Part shown: positions 29,077 to 39,899 of the stretch, one piece after another
How positions within the stretch are numbered: position 1 is the first letter of the stretch
Layout of the letters: every line of letters starts with the position of its first letter
Virus record (IMG/VR): IMGVR_UViG_2630968627_000001
Span: 36,501 to 100,500 of that record
Origin: a virus
Taxonomy: Duplodnaviria; Caudoviricetes
Strand: one strand, 5' to 3'
Length of the DNA: 64,000 nt
Program-made: the position numbers and the translations under genes
The notes under the pieces: generated by a model
What the model saw: only the letters and a program-made list of their open reading frames with translations
What the model was told of the DNA's origin: nothing
Databases searched by the model: none

Positions 29077-31624
29077 TCTTGTACCTCACTCGGAAAATGT
29101 ACTCCTTGCCCGCTTCCAGCAAGGACGGTGACAAGGGGTTCGCGGTGTAGTCTGGAAACTTCTCTGTGCGTTCAATTATCGCAGAGGCGTACGCCACTTT
29201 GAAGCCTTGTTTTTGGAGGTCTTGTTCCAATACCAGGCCGCCCGTGTAGATGGAGTCCGTGACTTCCAGTGTGGCCTTGAGCGAGCCATCAGCCACGTCG
29301 ATAACGTCTACAATCAGGTTCGTCTCTTCAAAGGCCGGCGCGAAGACAAAAGCCAGCGATAGGACGCGGACATACTGGTCGTAGAACTGCGGACCCTTGC
29401 TGCCGTCGGAGCGTACCGTACCGCCCCCTGTTGGCTGGCTACCAGAACGGGACAGGTGGTTGGTATCGACCGGGTGGGCAGCTTCAACAACAGCCAGCGG
29501 GATCCCGCCAGAGATGATCTCCAGCTTGCCAGATACGCCGCACGATGCGCTGACGTTCATGACGTCATAGGTGACAGCATCCAGGTAGGGTCCGATGGCA
29601 AAGCCGGTCTGTGCTCCATTGACACCCCCGCGCATGGCCGCATCAAACTCCTTATGGCGGAACATGGCAGTGACCGCCCCGCCCATCTCCGCATGGACCA
29701 TCTTACCGACGCGCCCCGCTACAGGATGGTTTTGTCCGTACTGGCGTACAGTGTCGGCCATGCGGGCGCGGAAGATCGCTGCCTCGGTGGTGGAGCGCAG
29801 GTTGGGCAGGCCCGATACCTTGAATTTGCTGCGCAGCAGTGCGGTGTTGACTACGCCGTCCGAGCTGGTGGTTGTGCCTCCCATGGCCGTGTCGTAGAAC
29901 GTACGCCCCCGATCCCGGAAGATCAGCGAGCGATAGAAGGCGTTGGATAGGCTGGCCTTGGCCCTGTCTCGGAAACCGGCTGGGTCATCCTCTCCCGCCC
30001 GGTCGTGCATGTAGTCCGCGTACAGGGTGGGGTTGGGGGTCAGGGCCGCCAGCTCCCCGGCCGACAGGACCATCGTGTCCGTGTTCAGGATCAGCATGCG
30101 GCGGGTGTTGGCCAGAGAGTGGAACGACTCGTTAATACCCTTGGTGGTCCCTACGTTGTTGGTGACCGAAGGCTTCTGGATGTAGACGTTCTCGGCCTGG
30201 CGCAGGGTCTGCAAGCCGAACGCCTGTTTACGTCTGCGATCATACTGGTACCAATCCTCTACTGTGCCGCCGAACAAAGGGGGATGGTCTGTGGGGATCC
30301 CCAGGATTGCATTGGTCTCCCCTAGGACAGGGGCACTTAGCAGGTATTCCCAGTCCGGGACTTTGTCCTCCAGAGTAGGTGGTTCGGGGATCTCGATTGC
30401 AGGATCTCGGTCGCCGCCGATCATTTGCCAGGACAGAGTGCAGAGGGTCAGGCCGTGCTCGTCCGTGTCGTGGTTCAGCTCGACGATGTCCTGGGCCAGA
30501 CGGCTGCGGGCCATGAACGAGATCTCGGCTACTTCGTCGATTGTGAAATCGATTGCAAAACTGTCGCCCAGCTCTACGCGATCATCGCCATCGGTCGTCG
30601 TGACGATACGGTTGACGCTCTGGTACAGGTGCGTGCCGTCCTTGAGCAGGATACGTACATTGCGGCGTCCTGGCGGCATTACCTGCCCCAGGGGGATGGC
30701 CAACCCTGCCCGCTCGATATAAAACGCAGTGCCGGCCTGTGCGGGCCTGGAAAGTACCATGTCGTTCATGAAGGTGGGAACCCAGATCGCTTTCTGCCGC
30801 CCATTCAAGTACGTCAGGATCTTTCGCAGGCGCATAACGTCTGCCTGGCTGTGTCCGGTCCAGTTGTAGCCCAGCGTGCCGCGCATACGACCAACGACGT
30901 CCACGATATTGCGGTTGACTTCTTCTTTGGTACTGGTGGTGGCGAAGGTGCGGGCGTACTCGTAGCGCAGATCTTCGTTCGTGTCAGGGCGCTCTTTCAG
31001 GACGGGGAACCCCTGGTACACGTCGGTGATGTACTCGGCCTCGGGCATCTTGGGGTCGTACAGCGTTACCCGCGCCGTGAATCGTGTGGCATCGTTCGAT
31101 AGCTGGAAGGACTCGACCCGGTCTTCGCAGGTGACTACAACCATCGGATACAGACGAGACCCCATATCCTCCATTGGCCGCCAGACTGCGCCCTCGGTGC
31201 TGGTGATGTTGTAGAAGGGCTCGTGGACGGTCTGGGGTGTGTCGCCTGGGTTCTGCAATGGGTCGATCTTGCCCGCCCGCCATTTGCCGCTGGGCCGGCG
31301 CTGGAACAGCATGTCGTACAGGTGGAACTGGGAGTGATCCAGAGGCCCGTCTACGCCTACCAGGTGTACGTCATGCCAAAGGGGCATCAAGAACGGTTTG
31401 CCGACGTGTCGGGCCAGGAACGCATCAATCTCCCGTCGCGTCTTCTTGTTGGCCAGGAAGGACATCTCAAGTTGAACGGTGGGGACGTGTCGCTGGCTTA
31501 CGCGCTGCTCCGCCTCGCTAGGCGAGGACAGGACCGAGGTAAGCCAGGTCAGCGTCTCCGTGACTGGGGAGGACCAGTCCGGCGAGAATGGCCAGACTGG
31601 GGTGGAAGCCAAATCGATATTCAT
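29063..31624 (-). CDS. Distal tail protein with long C-terminal extension
   Basis: PDWSSPVTETLTWLTSVLSS..EQR; GRQKAIWVPT; RLAQD; follows tape measure. Confidence 0.75.
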   Translation of the reverse strand: MNIDLASTPVWPFSPDWSSPVTETLTWLTSVLSSPSEAEQRVSQRHVPTVQLEMSFLANKKTRREIDAFLARHVGKPFLMPLWHDVHLVGVDGPLDHSQFHLYDMLFQRRPSGKWRAGKIDPLQNPGDTPQTVHEPFYNITSTEGAVWRPMEDMGSRLYPMVVVTCEDRVESFQLSNDATRFTARVTLYDPKMPEAEYITDVYQGFPVLKERPDTNEDLRYEYARTFATTSTKEEVNRNIVDVVGRMRGTLGYNWTGHSQADVMRLRKILTYLNGRQKAIWVPTFMNDMVLSRPAQAGTAFYIERAGLAIPLGQVMPPGRRNVRILLKDGTHLYQSVNRIVTTTDGDDRVELGDSFAIDFTIDEVAEISFMARSRLAQDIVELNHDTDEHGLTLCTLSWQMIGGDRDPAIEIPEPPTLEDKVPDWEYLLSAPVLGETNAILGIPTDHPPLFGGTVEDWYQYDRRRKQAFGLQTLRQAENVYIQKPSVTNNVGTTKGINESFHSLANTRRMLILNTDTMVLSAGELAALTPNPTLYADYMHDRAGEDDPAGFRDRAKASLSNAFYRSLIFRDRGRTFYDTAMGGTTTSSDGVVNTALLRSKFKVSGLPNLRSTTEAAIFRARMADTVRQYGQNHPVAGRVGKMVHAEMGGAVTAMFRHKEFDAAMRGGVNGAQTGFAIGPYLDAVTYDVMNVSASCGVSGKLEIISGGIPLAVVEAAHPVDTNHLSRSGSQPTGGGTVRSDGSKGPQFYDQYVRVLSLAFVFAPAFEETNLIVDVIDVADGSLKATLEVTDSIYTGGLVLEQDLQKQGFKVAYASAIIERTEKFPDYTANPLSPSLLEAGKEYIFRVRYKNVAA

Positions 31625-31635
31625 ATCTACAGCCT

Positions 31636-34600
31636 TTACTTAATGATTTGTCGAATGGTGGACGCATTGTTGCGGATGAAAGTCATCATTGCCTTTTCCC
31701 CAGGCGCGGACTGCATTGCCTGTGGGACCAGGTCAGGGTCCATTACCAGTACCTGCCGAATATTGGTAGGGCCGCCCCCGCCTGCATTCGCCCCGCTAAG
31801 GGCCTGCTGGAGTGCCCGCTCCTGTGCCTGTGTTCGTACCGTCTCTCCCTTCTCAAGGATGGTGGGTACTTCATTTGCTTTTAGTCCAGCTCCAAGCGTG
31901 CCGTCGTGGTAGCGTGGGGCGTTGGCAAAGACACCAGGATGTACTCGTTTGGTCAGACCGCCCCCAGTTCCTACTCGGCCTCCAGAGTGCATCATGCCTA
32001 CGGCTGCTCCGCCGCCAAAGCCCAGGATGTTGCCAAGGCCATTCATCAGGCCGGAGAAGATCCCGCCCAGGCCACTTAGCAAACTGCTAAATACGCTCTC
32101 AGCCCCGGACATGAAGCTGGAGATACTGCCGTCGAACGGGGCCAGGAAAGAGAACATCCCGCCCTGGATCTCGTCCGGGATCGGGGCCATGACGCCATCC
32201 AGGTTGGAGATGAAGTCGCCCAAGGGGTCGGAGTCTCCCCCGCCCAGCAGGCCACCCAGTCCATTGGCAATGCCGGTCATGCCACCGCCAATACCATCAA
32301 TCAATCCCTGGGTAGGCATGATGACGTGCAGCGGATTCATGGGCGTACCATCTGGCTTACCTACGTCAGTGGCCATACCGAATGCGCTGGCCAGCAGGCC
32401 GCCGATACCGTCGCCGCCGATACCGTTGTTGATCGCACCCATGATGCCTTCAGCCAGAGCTTGACCAAGCGTGTTCTGCAAGACCTGCAAGAAGCCCAAC
32501 AGGGTGTTCATCAGGGTCTCCCCGATGTCGTCTGTCAGCTTGAAGTTCTGGAACATGCTGGACAACTCGCCGGTGAAGTTGTCGTTGATCTCCTTGGCTA
32601 CCGCATTGGATTCGTTCGCCAGCTTCTCCATGTTCAAGCGGACGCCTTCGATCTCCAGGGCCAGCTCCTTGTAGGCGATGGTCTCTTTGGGCAGATCGCG
32701 GAGCTGGGCTTCCATGCGCTCCAGGCTGGCCTTGTGCAGGGCTACCTGGTTGGCGCGTACCAGGTCCATGCCCTTGGCCAGATCGCCCGTGGTAATCGTG
32801 CCCTTGTCGCGCAGCATCTCCAAGCGAGTAGCGAACGTATCAACGGCGCGGGAGTCAGCGTCCAGGGAGCGTCCGATCTCGCCTACGACCAGGGCGGCCG
32901 TGGTGAACTGGTTGCGCATCTCTACTAGGTTGATGATAGGCAACAGCTCGGGCATATCCTCGGATTCGGACTTCAGGCGATTGATGAAGTCACGGTACTC
33001 GACGTTGTAGTTCTCCAGTGCCTGCTTGAATAAGGTAGCGTCATCCGCCCCGAAGAACTGGGCCAGGTCCAGCGTGCTGCGGGCCAGGTTATCGGTGAAT
33101 GCGCGAGTGGCCTGTTCCTGGTCACGACGGATCTGCTGGGCCAGGTATTCCTTCTGGGCAGTCAGTGCCTTGATGTCGCCTTCCAGGCGGATAGAGGACG
33201 CCTTGGCTTGTAGCTTCGTGGCCTCGTCCTTAGCCTCGGTCATCTCCTTGAGTACGCCGTCCAATTCGATCTTGGCAATGCGGATGGAGTTGTCCAGGTC
33301 GCTTTGCTGGATCTTCTCTTTCTGGGCGTAGAAGTCCTTGATAGAGATCAGGCTACGGGAGTTGGTGTACTCCAGTTGATCCAGCCGTTCTTTGTTGGCC
33401 TCGCGCAGCAGCTTGCCCTCGGCCTCGGCCTCTGCCTTCAGCACAGCCAGACGGGCCTTGGCGGCGCGACGAGCGGCGGACTCTCCGTTGGTCTTGGGGT
33501 TGTAGTCATCGTCGCCGGTGGTAGGGCGGGCAGGCGGAGGGGCGTTCAGGCCAGTGAGTTTCGCACCAGTCTGGGTAAGCAGTCCAAGAGCCTCGCGCAG
33601 GCCAGCCAGATCCTCTGGGCTCAAGGTCAACAGAGTACGCAGCAGGCCAGCGGAGTTCAGCAGCTCGGTACTAACACCCTTGGATGTCTCAAGCGCCTTG
33701 ATCTCCTTGTTGGCATCCTCGGTGGCCTTCTGGATCTTGGCCTGCAACTCCACGATCTGGTTGGCCAGTTGCGCGGTCTTCACCTTCTGGGTGTCCAGGG
33801 CTTCGCCACCCTCTTCGCTCAGGCGGATCTCTTCCTGGATGGCCTCGCGGCTTTGCTCTTGCAGCTTGCGCAGTTCGCCGCGCATGGTGGACAGATCGCC
33901 GGCATATCGCATGAATACATCGGCGGTCTCGTCGGTGAACATACCAGCCAGGACGGGGCCGATGGTGGCCAGGTCTTCCTTGGCGGCGCGAGCGACGTCT
34001 TCAATGCTCTTGCTCATGACCTCGGCAGTCTGGTCCATGTCGGTACGCAAACCCTTGATGGCTGTACCAATCTCTTCCACTTCCTTGCGGGCCGCGACAA
34101 ACCGGCGCATGTCTTTGGTAATCAAGCCGACGGGGCCTGTACCATCGATCTGGTCAAGCTGCCCTTGGGTGATGTTGGCGCGAGCCGTGTTCATCCGCTC
34201 CAGTGCGGCCTGGTAGCTCTTCTCCATCTCGTCCAGGCGGGCTTTGGTCTTCGTCTGGTCTTCGATCAGAGTAGCTTTGGTGATGTCCAGCTTGTTCAGC
34301 TCGGCCGCCCCGCCCTTGACGATAGTCAACAGCTCGGTGATGGCCTGGCGGTTCAGCTCGCGGTTCTCGTCCTGGAGCATAGCGGGCAGAGCGTTTACGT
34401 CCACTTCGCGCAGACGTCCGGTACTAGCGTCGCGCAGCTCGTGGTACTTGTCGATCAGGTTGTCCAGCTCGCCTTGCTCTTCGGCCATCTTCTTGCGCAG
34501 GTTGGCTTGCTCTTGCGCCGCCTTTCGAGACGCCTCCGAATACAGCCCGACGGCCTCGGCCGCTTTCTTGAAGAAAGGAGCGATCTTGTCGATCAGACCG

Positions 34601-36804
34601 AACATGTCGGCAATCTGGTAGGCCAGGAACGTGAACCAGGTGGCGCGAGATGCGACAGAGAAGATCCAACCGATAGCGGAACGAAGGCCGGTGAATGCGG
34701 TACGCAGGCCAGTGATTAAGGAGGCCGCCTTACCTGCCGCCCCACCTACACCGTCCAGGGCCTGCTTGGCCTGGTCAACTTCTTTGTTTGCTTTGCGCAG
34801 TGCGATGCCAGCCAGAGCGGCGGCGGTGCCGGCCTGTGCTGTACCTGCCGCCGCGTTGGCTTTCTGTACTTCCCGCTCTGCCGCCCGTACCCCGGCGCTC
34901 GCGGCGACGGCCTCGGCCTGTGCCTGGGCGCGAACAGCCGCCAAACGCCGGACATGGTACGCATTGATCTGCGTCATAGAGCGGTCGTAGGTTTGCTGCT
35001 CTGCCTGTAGCTGCGCGTTGCGGGCCATAGTCAACTGGCGTAGCTCGGCGGTGCGACCCTCGGCTTTCAGGACAGTGCGACGGGACTGGTAGTCACGTTC
35101 GATAACGGCAAGGCGTTCGGTGTGTTGGCGCTCCCGCTGCTCTACCCGAGTGTTCCATGCTCGCTGTGCTGCCTCTTCCGCCGCCCGCCCCCGCGCTGCT
35201 ACAGCCGTTGTGTTGCGTCGGGCAGCGCCAAGGTTATCTGCGGCTGTCTGAAGTCCTGGAGACGCGCCAGCGGCCGCCTTGGCCCCTTGCGTGGCATTGA
35301 ATGCCTTCTGGGCTGCGTTGCGTTTGGCTTCAGCTTTCTCAAGGTCTTCGGTAGCCTTCTTCTTCTGGGCAATTATGCCCAGCTCGTCCCGGTGGCTTTC
35401 CCGGATCTGTCGCATGGTAGCCAGCAAGCCAGTAGGGCCTGCCTTCTCCCCTGGCTTACCCTCCAGCTCCTTGTTCATGTCGCCGGCAGACTTCGTGACG
35501 ACCTTGAGCAATCCGTTCAGGCCGGTCAATCGCGCCATCCAAGCGCCAAAGAACTGCACCAGCTTGATGGTAATCAGGATCTTGGCCAGCGAGACGAAGT
35601 TTTCCCAGTTGACGTTCAACGAGGATACAAACTTCAGGCCATCAGAGATCGTGGTGAACAGAGACAGGAACATGTCGCCAATGCTTTCGGCAAAGGCCAG
35701 GACAGCGGGGTTCTGTAGTTCAGCAGACAGTTGGGCCAGGAACGAGGTAACAGGTTTGGCAAACCGTTCACCCGCCGTGATACCCAAGTTGGTGAATGTG
35801 TTGAGCAGGATGTTCGCCTGGGCGTCCAGGGTCTTCAGAACAGTCTCTTGCTCGCGCAGGGCCGATGTACCAGTCTCACGGCCACGCAGTGCGCTGGCCA
35901 GGTTGCGATCCAGGATGGTGTTGGTGGTGTCATTGACGAACTTGTTGAGCATCGCCCCGATACGGCCAGTGCCCGATAGTTCGCGGATGGTGCGCTGGCG
36001 GCTCTCGCCTTCCAGATCTCGCAATCGATCCAGGTACATCTTGAACGCCTGGATGCCATCCGTTTGAACAATGTTGATCCACTCCTTCGTGGACATGTTC
36101 ATGAAGTGGGCAAACTTCTCCCCCTTCGACTGCATGTCGGCAAAGACCTTCGTGATGGACGTACCGACCACCTCAGCGGAGGCACCGAAGTCAATGGCGG
36201 CCGCGCCGATACCGATAGTCTTGTAGTAGTCATCGAAAGCGCCAGCAGCGTCACCAATACGACGGGTAACGTCCAGCAGTTGATCGCCGGTAGCCGTGGA
36301 GTTATTGGCCACCTCGTTCAAGCTGGAGACCATCTTCTCGATTTCAGTCAGCGGCACCTTGAAGATAGAGGCGAGCTTACCGACCGCCGCGCCGGCTTCG
36401 TCTACCGTGATGTCCAGCACCGAGGACATGCGCGAGACGGAGTCGGTAAAGGCTGAAACACCTTCGACCCCTTCTCGCCCCAGGCCCTGCTGACCAGCGG
36501 CCGCCGCAATCTTGGCCAGGTCCGTAGCAGAGATGTCCAGACGCCCCGACATGGTGCGCAGCTCTTTACCGAGTCTGGAGATCTCTTGCGCGGTAAAGCC
36601 GGTTGTCTTCTGGACGTTGGCCATCTCGCGCTCGAATTCCCGAACGGTCGTAACCGGGAACCCGACGATACGGACTGCTGCGAGGGCCGAAGAGATCGCC
36701 CCCACAAAACGAATGATCCGGGACTCGATTTTAGACAGCTCGGGTGTGAGCTGGTCGCGGCCCCGGATGTTGACATCAAGATTGCTGGCAGGTCGTGTGG
36801 CCAT
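31636..36804 (-). CDS. Tape measure protein
   Basis: 1722 aa helical; FEREMANVQKT; C-terminal HSGG..APRYHDG..EVPTILEKGETV. Confidence 0.95.
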   Translation of the reverse strand: MATRPASNLDVNIRGRDQLTPELSKIESRIIRFVGAISSALAAVRIVGFPVTTVREFEREMANVQKTTGFTAQEISRLGKELRTMSGRLDISATDLAKIAAAAGQQGLGREGVEGVSAFTDSVSRMSSVLDITVDEAGAAVGKLASIFKVPLTEIEKMVSSLNEVANNSTATGDQLLDVTRRIGDAAGAFDDYYKTIGIGAAAIDFGASAEVVGTSITKVFADMQSKGEKFAHFMNMSTKEWINIVQTDGIQAFKMYLDRLRDLEGESRQRTIRELSGTGRIGAMLNKFVNDTTNTILDRNLASALRGRETGTSALREQETVLKTLDAQANILLNTFTNLGITAGERFAKPVTSFLAQLSAELQNPAVLAFAESIGDMFLSLFTTISDGLKFVSSLNVNWENFVSLAKILITIKLVQFFGAWMARLTGLNGLLKVVTKSAGDMNKELEGKPGEKAGPTGLLATMRQIRESHRDELGIIAQKKKATEDLEKAEAKRNAAQKAFNATQGAKAAAGASPGLQTAADNLGAARRNTTAVAARGRAAEEAAQRAWNTRVEQRERQHTERLAVIERDYQSRRTVLKAEGRTAELRQLTMARNAQLQAEQQTYDRSMTQINAYHVRRLAAVRAQAQAEAVAASAGVRAAEREVQKANAAAGTAQAGTAAALAGIALRKANKEVDQAKQALDGVGGAAGKAASLITGLRTAFTGLRSAIGWIFSVASRATWFTFLAYQIADMFGLIDKIAPFFKKAAEAVGLYSEASRKAAQEQANLRKKMAEEQGELDNLIDKYHELRDASTGRLREVDVNALPAMLQDENRELNRQAITELLTIVKGGAAELNKLDITKATLIEDQTKTKARLDEMEKSYQAALERMNTARANITQGQLDQIDGTGPVGLITKDMRRFVAARKEVEEIGTAIKGLRTDMDQTAEVMSKSIEDVARAAKEDLATIGPVLAGMFTDETADVFMRYAGDLSTMRGELRKLQEQSREAIQEEIRLSEEGGEALDTQKVKTAQLANQIVELQAKIQKATEDANKEIKALETSKGVSTELLNSAGLLRTLLTLSPEDLAGLREALGLLTQTGAKLTGLNAPPPARPTTGDDDYNPKTNGESAARRAAKARLAVLKAEAEAEGKLLREANKERLDQLEYTNSRSLISIKDFYAQKEKIQQSDLDNSIRIAKIELDGVLKEMTEAKDEATKLQAKASSIRLEGDIKALTAQKEYLAQQIRRDQEQATRAFTDNLARSTLDLAQFFGADDATLFKQALENYNVEYRDFINRLKSESEDMPELLPIINLVEMRNQFTTAALVVGEIGRSLDADSRAVDTFATRLEMLRDKGTITTGDLAKGMDLVRANQVALHKASLERMEAQLRDLPKETIAYKELALEIEGVRLNMEKLANESNAVAKEINDNFTGELSSMFQNFKLTDDIGETLMNTLLGFLQVLQNTLGQALAEGIMGAINNGIGGDGIGGLLASAFGMATDVGKPDGTPMNPLHVIMPTQGLIDGIGGGMTGIANGLGGLLGGGDSDPLGDFISNLDGVMAPIPDEIQGGMFSFLAPFDGSISSFMSGAESVFSSLLSGLGGIFSGLMNGLGNILGFGGGAAVGMMHSGGRVGTGGGLTKRVHPGVFANAPRYHDGTLGAGLKANEVPTILEKGETVRTQAQERALQQALSGANAGGGGPTNIRQVLVMDPDLVPQAMQSAPGEKAMMTFIRNNASTIRQIIK

Positions 36805-36808
36805 GATC

Positions 36809-37093
36809 CTATTCCTCGTAATAACTATCCATGAGGCCCTGGATATGGGTAGTCAGAGGGGACTCTTCGCGTTTCTTGCCTTTGCCCTTTCCGCCTCCCA
36901 TCATTCCAGCCAGCACCGCAGAGACGTCTGTGACAAAATTCAGTCTGCGCGTTGCTTCCTGCCTCTCTTCGATCTTGGCAAAAGCCATGAACTGCAAGAA
37001 GGTGTACTCCTGGATGTCTGTCAGTTTGTGGCCCGCCCGAAGCAGGGTGCCGGTGGTGTCCTCTACCCAGCGAGCCATTCTGACTTTGTCCAT
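36809..37093 (-). CDS. Tail assembly chaperone, T segment (probably expressed as a G-T fusion)
   Basis: GH...IQEYT..QF pattern; the -1 frame is open back to the T7 run at 37219-37225. Confidence 0.75.
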   Translation of the reverse strand: MDKVRMARWVEDTTGTLLRAGHKLTDIQEYTFLQFMAFAKIEERQEATRRLNFVTDVSAVLAGMMGGGKGKGKKREESPLTTHIQGLMDSYYEE

Positions 37094-37116
37094 GCGCTTC
37101 TCGCGCTTGAATGCTT

Positions 37117-37728
37117 CTACTGCTTCTTTACTGCCTTCTTCGTATCGCTTTTTGCCGCCACCTTGCTCGCCGTCGCCTTGAGGGACAATCCTTTCAAGGC
37201 CGGGGGCAAGGTCTGGGTAAAAAAACTGTAGTTCATCCCGATGATAGCCAGGACAACTAGCGTGGCCTGGTCGATGTCCAGCTCCTGGAACTGCTCGTCC
37301 GAGATAGACGAGAAGATCTCCACGAACGGGCCCAGGTGGTCAATCAGACGGGTGACAACAGTGACCAGGACGGAGCGGTAGTCCATGGCCACCTTCAGGA
37401 CGTCTTCATTGGTGATGCTGACGTCGTGGGGGCTGCGACCCTCGGCAACGGCTTCTGCCTGTTTGGTAGCGATCATCTGAAGGATCTCGGAGAACGTCAG
37501 CTCGTCGAACGAGGAGATGATCCCGGAGAATAGCTGGATCATCTTGGACAGGTGCTTGACCTTGGCCGTGTTGAAGGTGACGCGGACGTCCTTCTCGTCT
37601 TCATCGTCCGGGTGCTCTTTCATCTTGACCAGGGCGGAGCTGACCTGTCCGCTGATAATCAGGTCGATGGCTACCGACAGGTGTGCTGCTTTTTCGCTTG
37701 TGTCTTTGTCTACGGTGACTTCGCTCAT
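37117..37728 (-). CDS. Tail assembly chaperone G
   Basis: Between tail tube and TMP; contains AGT TTT TTT ACC. Confidence 0.75.
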   Translation of the reverse strand: MSEVTVDKDTSEKAAHLSVAIDLIISGQVSSALVKMKEHPDDEDEKDVRVTFNTAKVKHLSKMIQLFSGIISSFDELTFSEILQMIATKQAEAVAEGRSPHDVSITNEDVLKVAMDYRSVLVTVVTRLIDHLGPFVEIFSSISDEQFQELDIDQATLVVLAIIGMNYSFFTQTLPPALKGLSLKATASKVAAKSDTKKAVKKQ

Positions 37729-37982
37729 TACTTTCTCCGCGTCCGGCGATTAACCGGCTTAGTTTCCGTTGCCTGGGTTTCCTCTTCATCAATCTCCGGG
37801 AGGGCCAGGGGTCCGGCATGGTGTTCAACAATGGGAGTGGTGTGAGTAATCTCTACCGCCCCATGTCGCTCGTGGTACTGGGCCGCCGCAAGCGGTAAAT
37901 GAATACCTGTGGTGCCCGCCGTGTAATGTACCCCGCCATGGGTGAAGCCAGCAAGGGCGGTGACTCGTGCAATCGATTTCAT
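37728..37982 (-). CDS. Small hypothetical protein
   Basis: 84 aa, GGAG RBS; start codon overlaps palindrome variant TGCAATCGATTTCA. Confidence 0.7.
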   Translation of the reverse strand: MKSIARVTALAGFTHGGVHYTAGTTGIHLPLAAAQYHERHGAVEITHTTPIVEHHAGPLALPEIDEEETQATETKPVNRRTRRK

Positions 37983-38000
37983 TTTGGTATCTCCAGGCGT

Positions 38001-38024
38001 AAAAAAAGGGCCCGCAGGCCCTTT
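38001..38024 (-). terminator. Rho-independent terminator
   Basis: AAAGGGCC-TGCG-GGCCCTTT plus T-run. Confidence 0.85.
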
Positions 38025-38059
38025 CCAATCTGACCCGTGCGGGTAGATTTATCTGTTGC

Positions 38060-38512
38060 TTACGAAACGGTGAACGCCTCGTCTACTTCCACGCCGCCGT
38101 AGTTGACGTGGACCTTGCCGGTGCCAGCAGCGTGGCCGCGCAGCACCAGACCATTGACGGTCTTCGTAACGGTGGCGAATTCGGCACCTTCGGACACACC
38201 AACCCATTCCAGGTCGGTCATGTTTTCGGTAGTACCGTTGGCCAGGGTGGCGGTAACCAGGAATGGCAGGTTCTCGCCAGCGTTGACAGCCAGGCCAGCA
38301 GGGGTAACCGCAATGGATACCACTTTCTTGCCTGCCATTTCGGCGGGGACCAGGTCCGCTACCTTGTTGGCGTCTTCGTGGCCCCAGCGAGTGGACATGC
38401 TGATGATTTGCTTGGCCGCCAGTTCTGCTGCGTCAGCTTCATCAATGGTCACCTGGTCACCGATGCGGTGGCCGCCGTGGTTCTGGATGTATACGACTTT
38501 TACGTTAGCCAT
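38060..38512 (-). CDS. Ig-like domain virion protein
   Basis: VVSIAVTP..L.V..GE..VTATL.NGT..W..ATV..G..AGTGKV.V.YGG (Big_2-like). Confidence 0.75.
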   Translation of the reverse strand: MANVKVVYIQNHGGHRIGDQVTIDEADAAELAAKQIISMSTRWGHEDANKVADLVPAEMAGKKVVSIAVTPAGLAVNAGENLPFLVTATLANGTTENMTDLEWVGVSEGAEFATVTKTVNGLVLRGHAAGTGKVHVNYGGVEVDEAFTVS

Positions 38513-38554
38513 GGTTCTTCTCCTAAAGGCTTTGGGTTTTGACCGCTGCTACGC

Positions 38555-39340
38555 TTAGGGCGTGACGGCGGGCTTGACGATACGCTGCGTGAAGAACTGC
38601 GACACGCCTTGGGTAACGACCAACGGATCCAGAAGGATGTTGGCGGTGATCTCGGCCTGTGCCAGCTCTTCGTTGATAAGCGGCAGGGACGCGATAGGCT
38701 CGAAGGACACACGAGGGATCTCGACCAGTACCAGATCGCCGTTGACCGTGTTCAGGCCCTCGAAGCGCAAGAAACGCTCTGGTGGGGTCTCGGTCATCAG
38801 TGCATCCAGGCGCTGCGTATCGCCGTGCTTGTACGAGATGGTGGCTTCCACTTCAGCGGTGATGTCAGCAGCGTCAGCCTTGACGTAGATCGTACCGAAG
38901 CCGGGATCGATGTCGTAGTTGGTTGCTTCGTCAATGTCCGCGCCGGCCACCTGGATTACAACGTCTTCCACGCCTGGGTTGGCCAGAGCGAAAGTCATGC
39001 CCGGTTTGATCTTGATGGTTTCGGCCGTAACCGTAGCACCAGCTTCTTCGCGGGAGATGCCCCACAGGCCCATGGCCAGGGTGCGTGGATCCAGGGATTC
39101 CAGAGTGATCGAGATGGTTGGGGTCTTTTCCGTGATAACGGTCAAGTCCACCGAACGCTGGCCCGACATGGATTCCTTGTGCTCAAACTTCGTCACCGCG
39201 ATAGAGATTTCCAGCTCGGGGACGTTGCCTACTGGAATCAAGCTCAGGGGACGGCCCGTAACTGGGTCGCGTTCGCCCATAAACAAGCGGCCCTGGCCGG
39301 AGTAGTAGTAGGACTGGGGAATGGGGCGTACTGTTGCCAT
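38555..39340 (-). CDS. Major tail tube protein
   Basis: YYSGQGRLF, VGNVPEL, EHKESMSGQR, LRFEGLNT. Confidence 0.88.
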   Translation of the reverse strand: MATVRPIPQSYYYSGQGRLFMGERDPVTGRPLSLIPVGNVPELEISIAVTKFEHKESMSGQRSVDLTVITEKTPTISITLESLDPRTLAMGLWGISREEAGATVTAETIKIKPGMTFALANPGVEDVVIQVAGADIDEATNYDIDPGFGTIYVKADAADITAEVEATISYKHGDTQRLDALMTETPPERFLRFEGLNTVNGDLVLVEIPRVSFEPIASLPLINEELAQAEITANILLDPLVVTQGVSQFFTQRIVKPAVTP

Positions 39341-39356
39341 TGGTATTCTCCTTAGA

Positions 39357-39899
39357 TTATTGATTGCCCTGCCCTATTAGGGTGAGCCGCCACAGTTGCA
39401 GATAATACAGCACTTCGTTTGTAGACGCAGCATATTCGGGGTTCTCTCGCACGAAAACCCAGGTCCGTGTCTCACTATAGGCATCCAGGGACGTACCCAA
39501 GATAGCCTGTCGGGCCAGAGATAGGATGGTGGTAGCCGGTGTTCGACCCCCGCACATGTCTCCCTGGGCCGGCACTCCAAGGACTACGCCGAACAGATAC
39601 TCCTGTCCCTGGGCCGCGTTGGTGCGGCGATCCCGGTTCAGCTCTGTCTGGCTACGGTCCATGGCGTTGCAGCCTGCGTACATGACGCCCATTGCCGCGC
39701 CATTGTTGCAGATGTCCTGGGCCTTGTGTGCCTCCAGGTCATCAATACTGAAGACCCCCATGACGGGGATCTGGTACATCTGTGCCTCGGATAGTACCGC
39801 CAGCAATTTGTTCTTCAGGTCATCTTCCATGAGCTGAATCATCTGTGGCTCGGAAGCCAACGGCGGTTTGCGAGGTGGGAACGAGTTGATAGTAGCCAT
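39357..39899 (-). CDS. Tail terminator / completion protein
   Basis: Position just before the tail tube; size; C-terminal YYLQLW. Confidence 0.55.
   Translation of the reverse strand: MATINSFPPRKPPLASEPQMIQLMEDDLKNKLLAVLSEAQMYQIPVMGVFSIDDLEAHKAQDICNNGAAMGVMYAGCNAMDRSQTELNRDRRTNAAQGQEYLFGVVLGVPAQGDMCGGRTPATTILSLARQAILGTSLDAYSETRTWVFVRENPEYAASTNEVLYYLQLWRLTLIGQGNQ

Noticed and set aside
38500-38560. CCC-TAA at the end of the tail tube gene as an SPP1-like +1 frameshift into the Ig gene
   Set aside because: The +1 frame stops after about 18 codons; the Ig gene is in frame 0 behind two stops and has its own RBS
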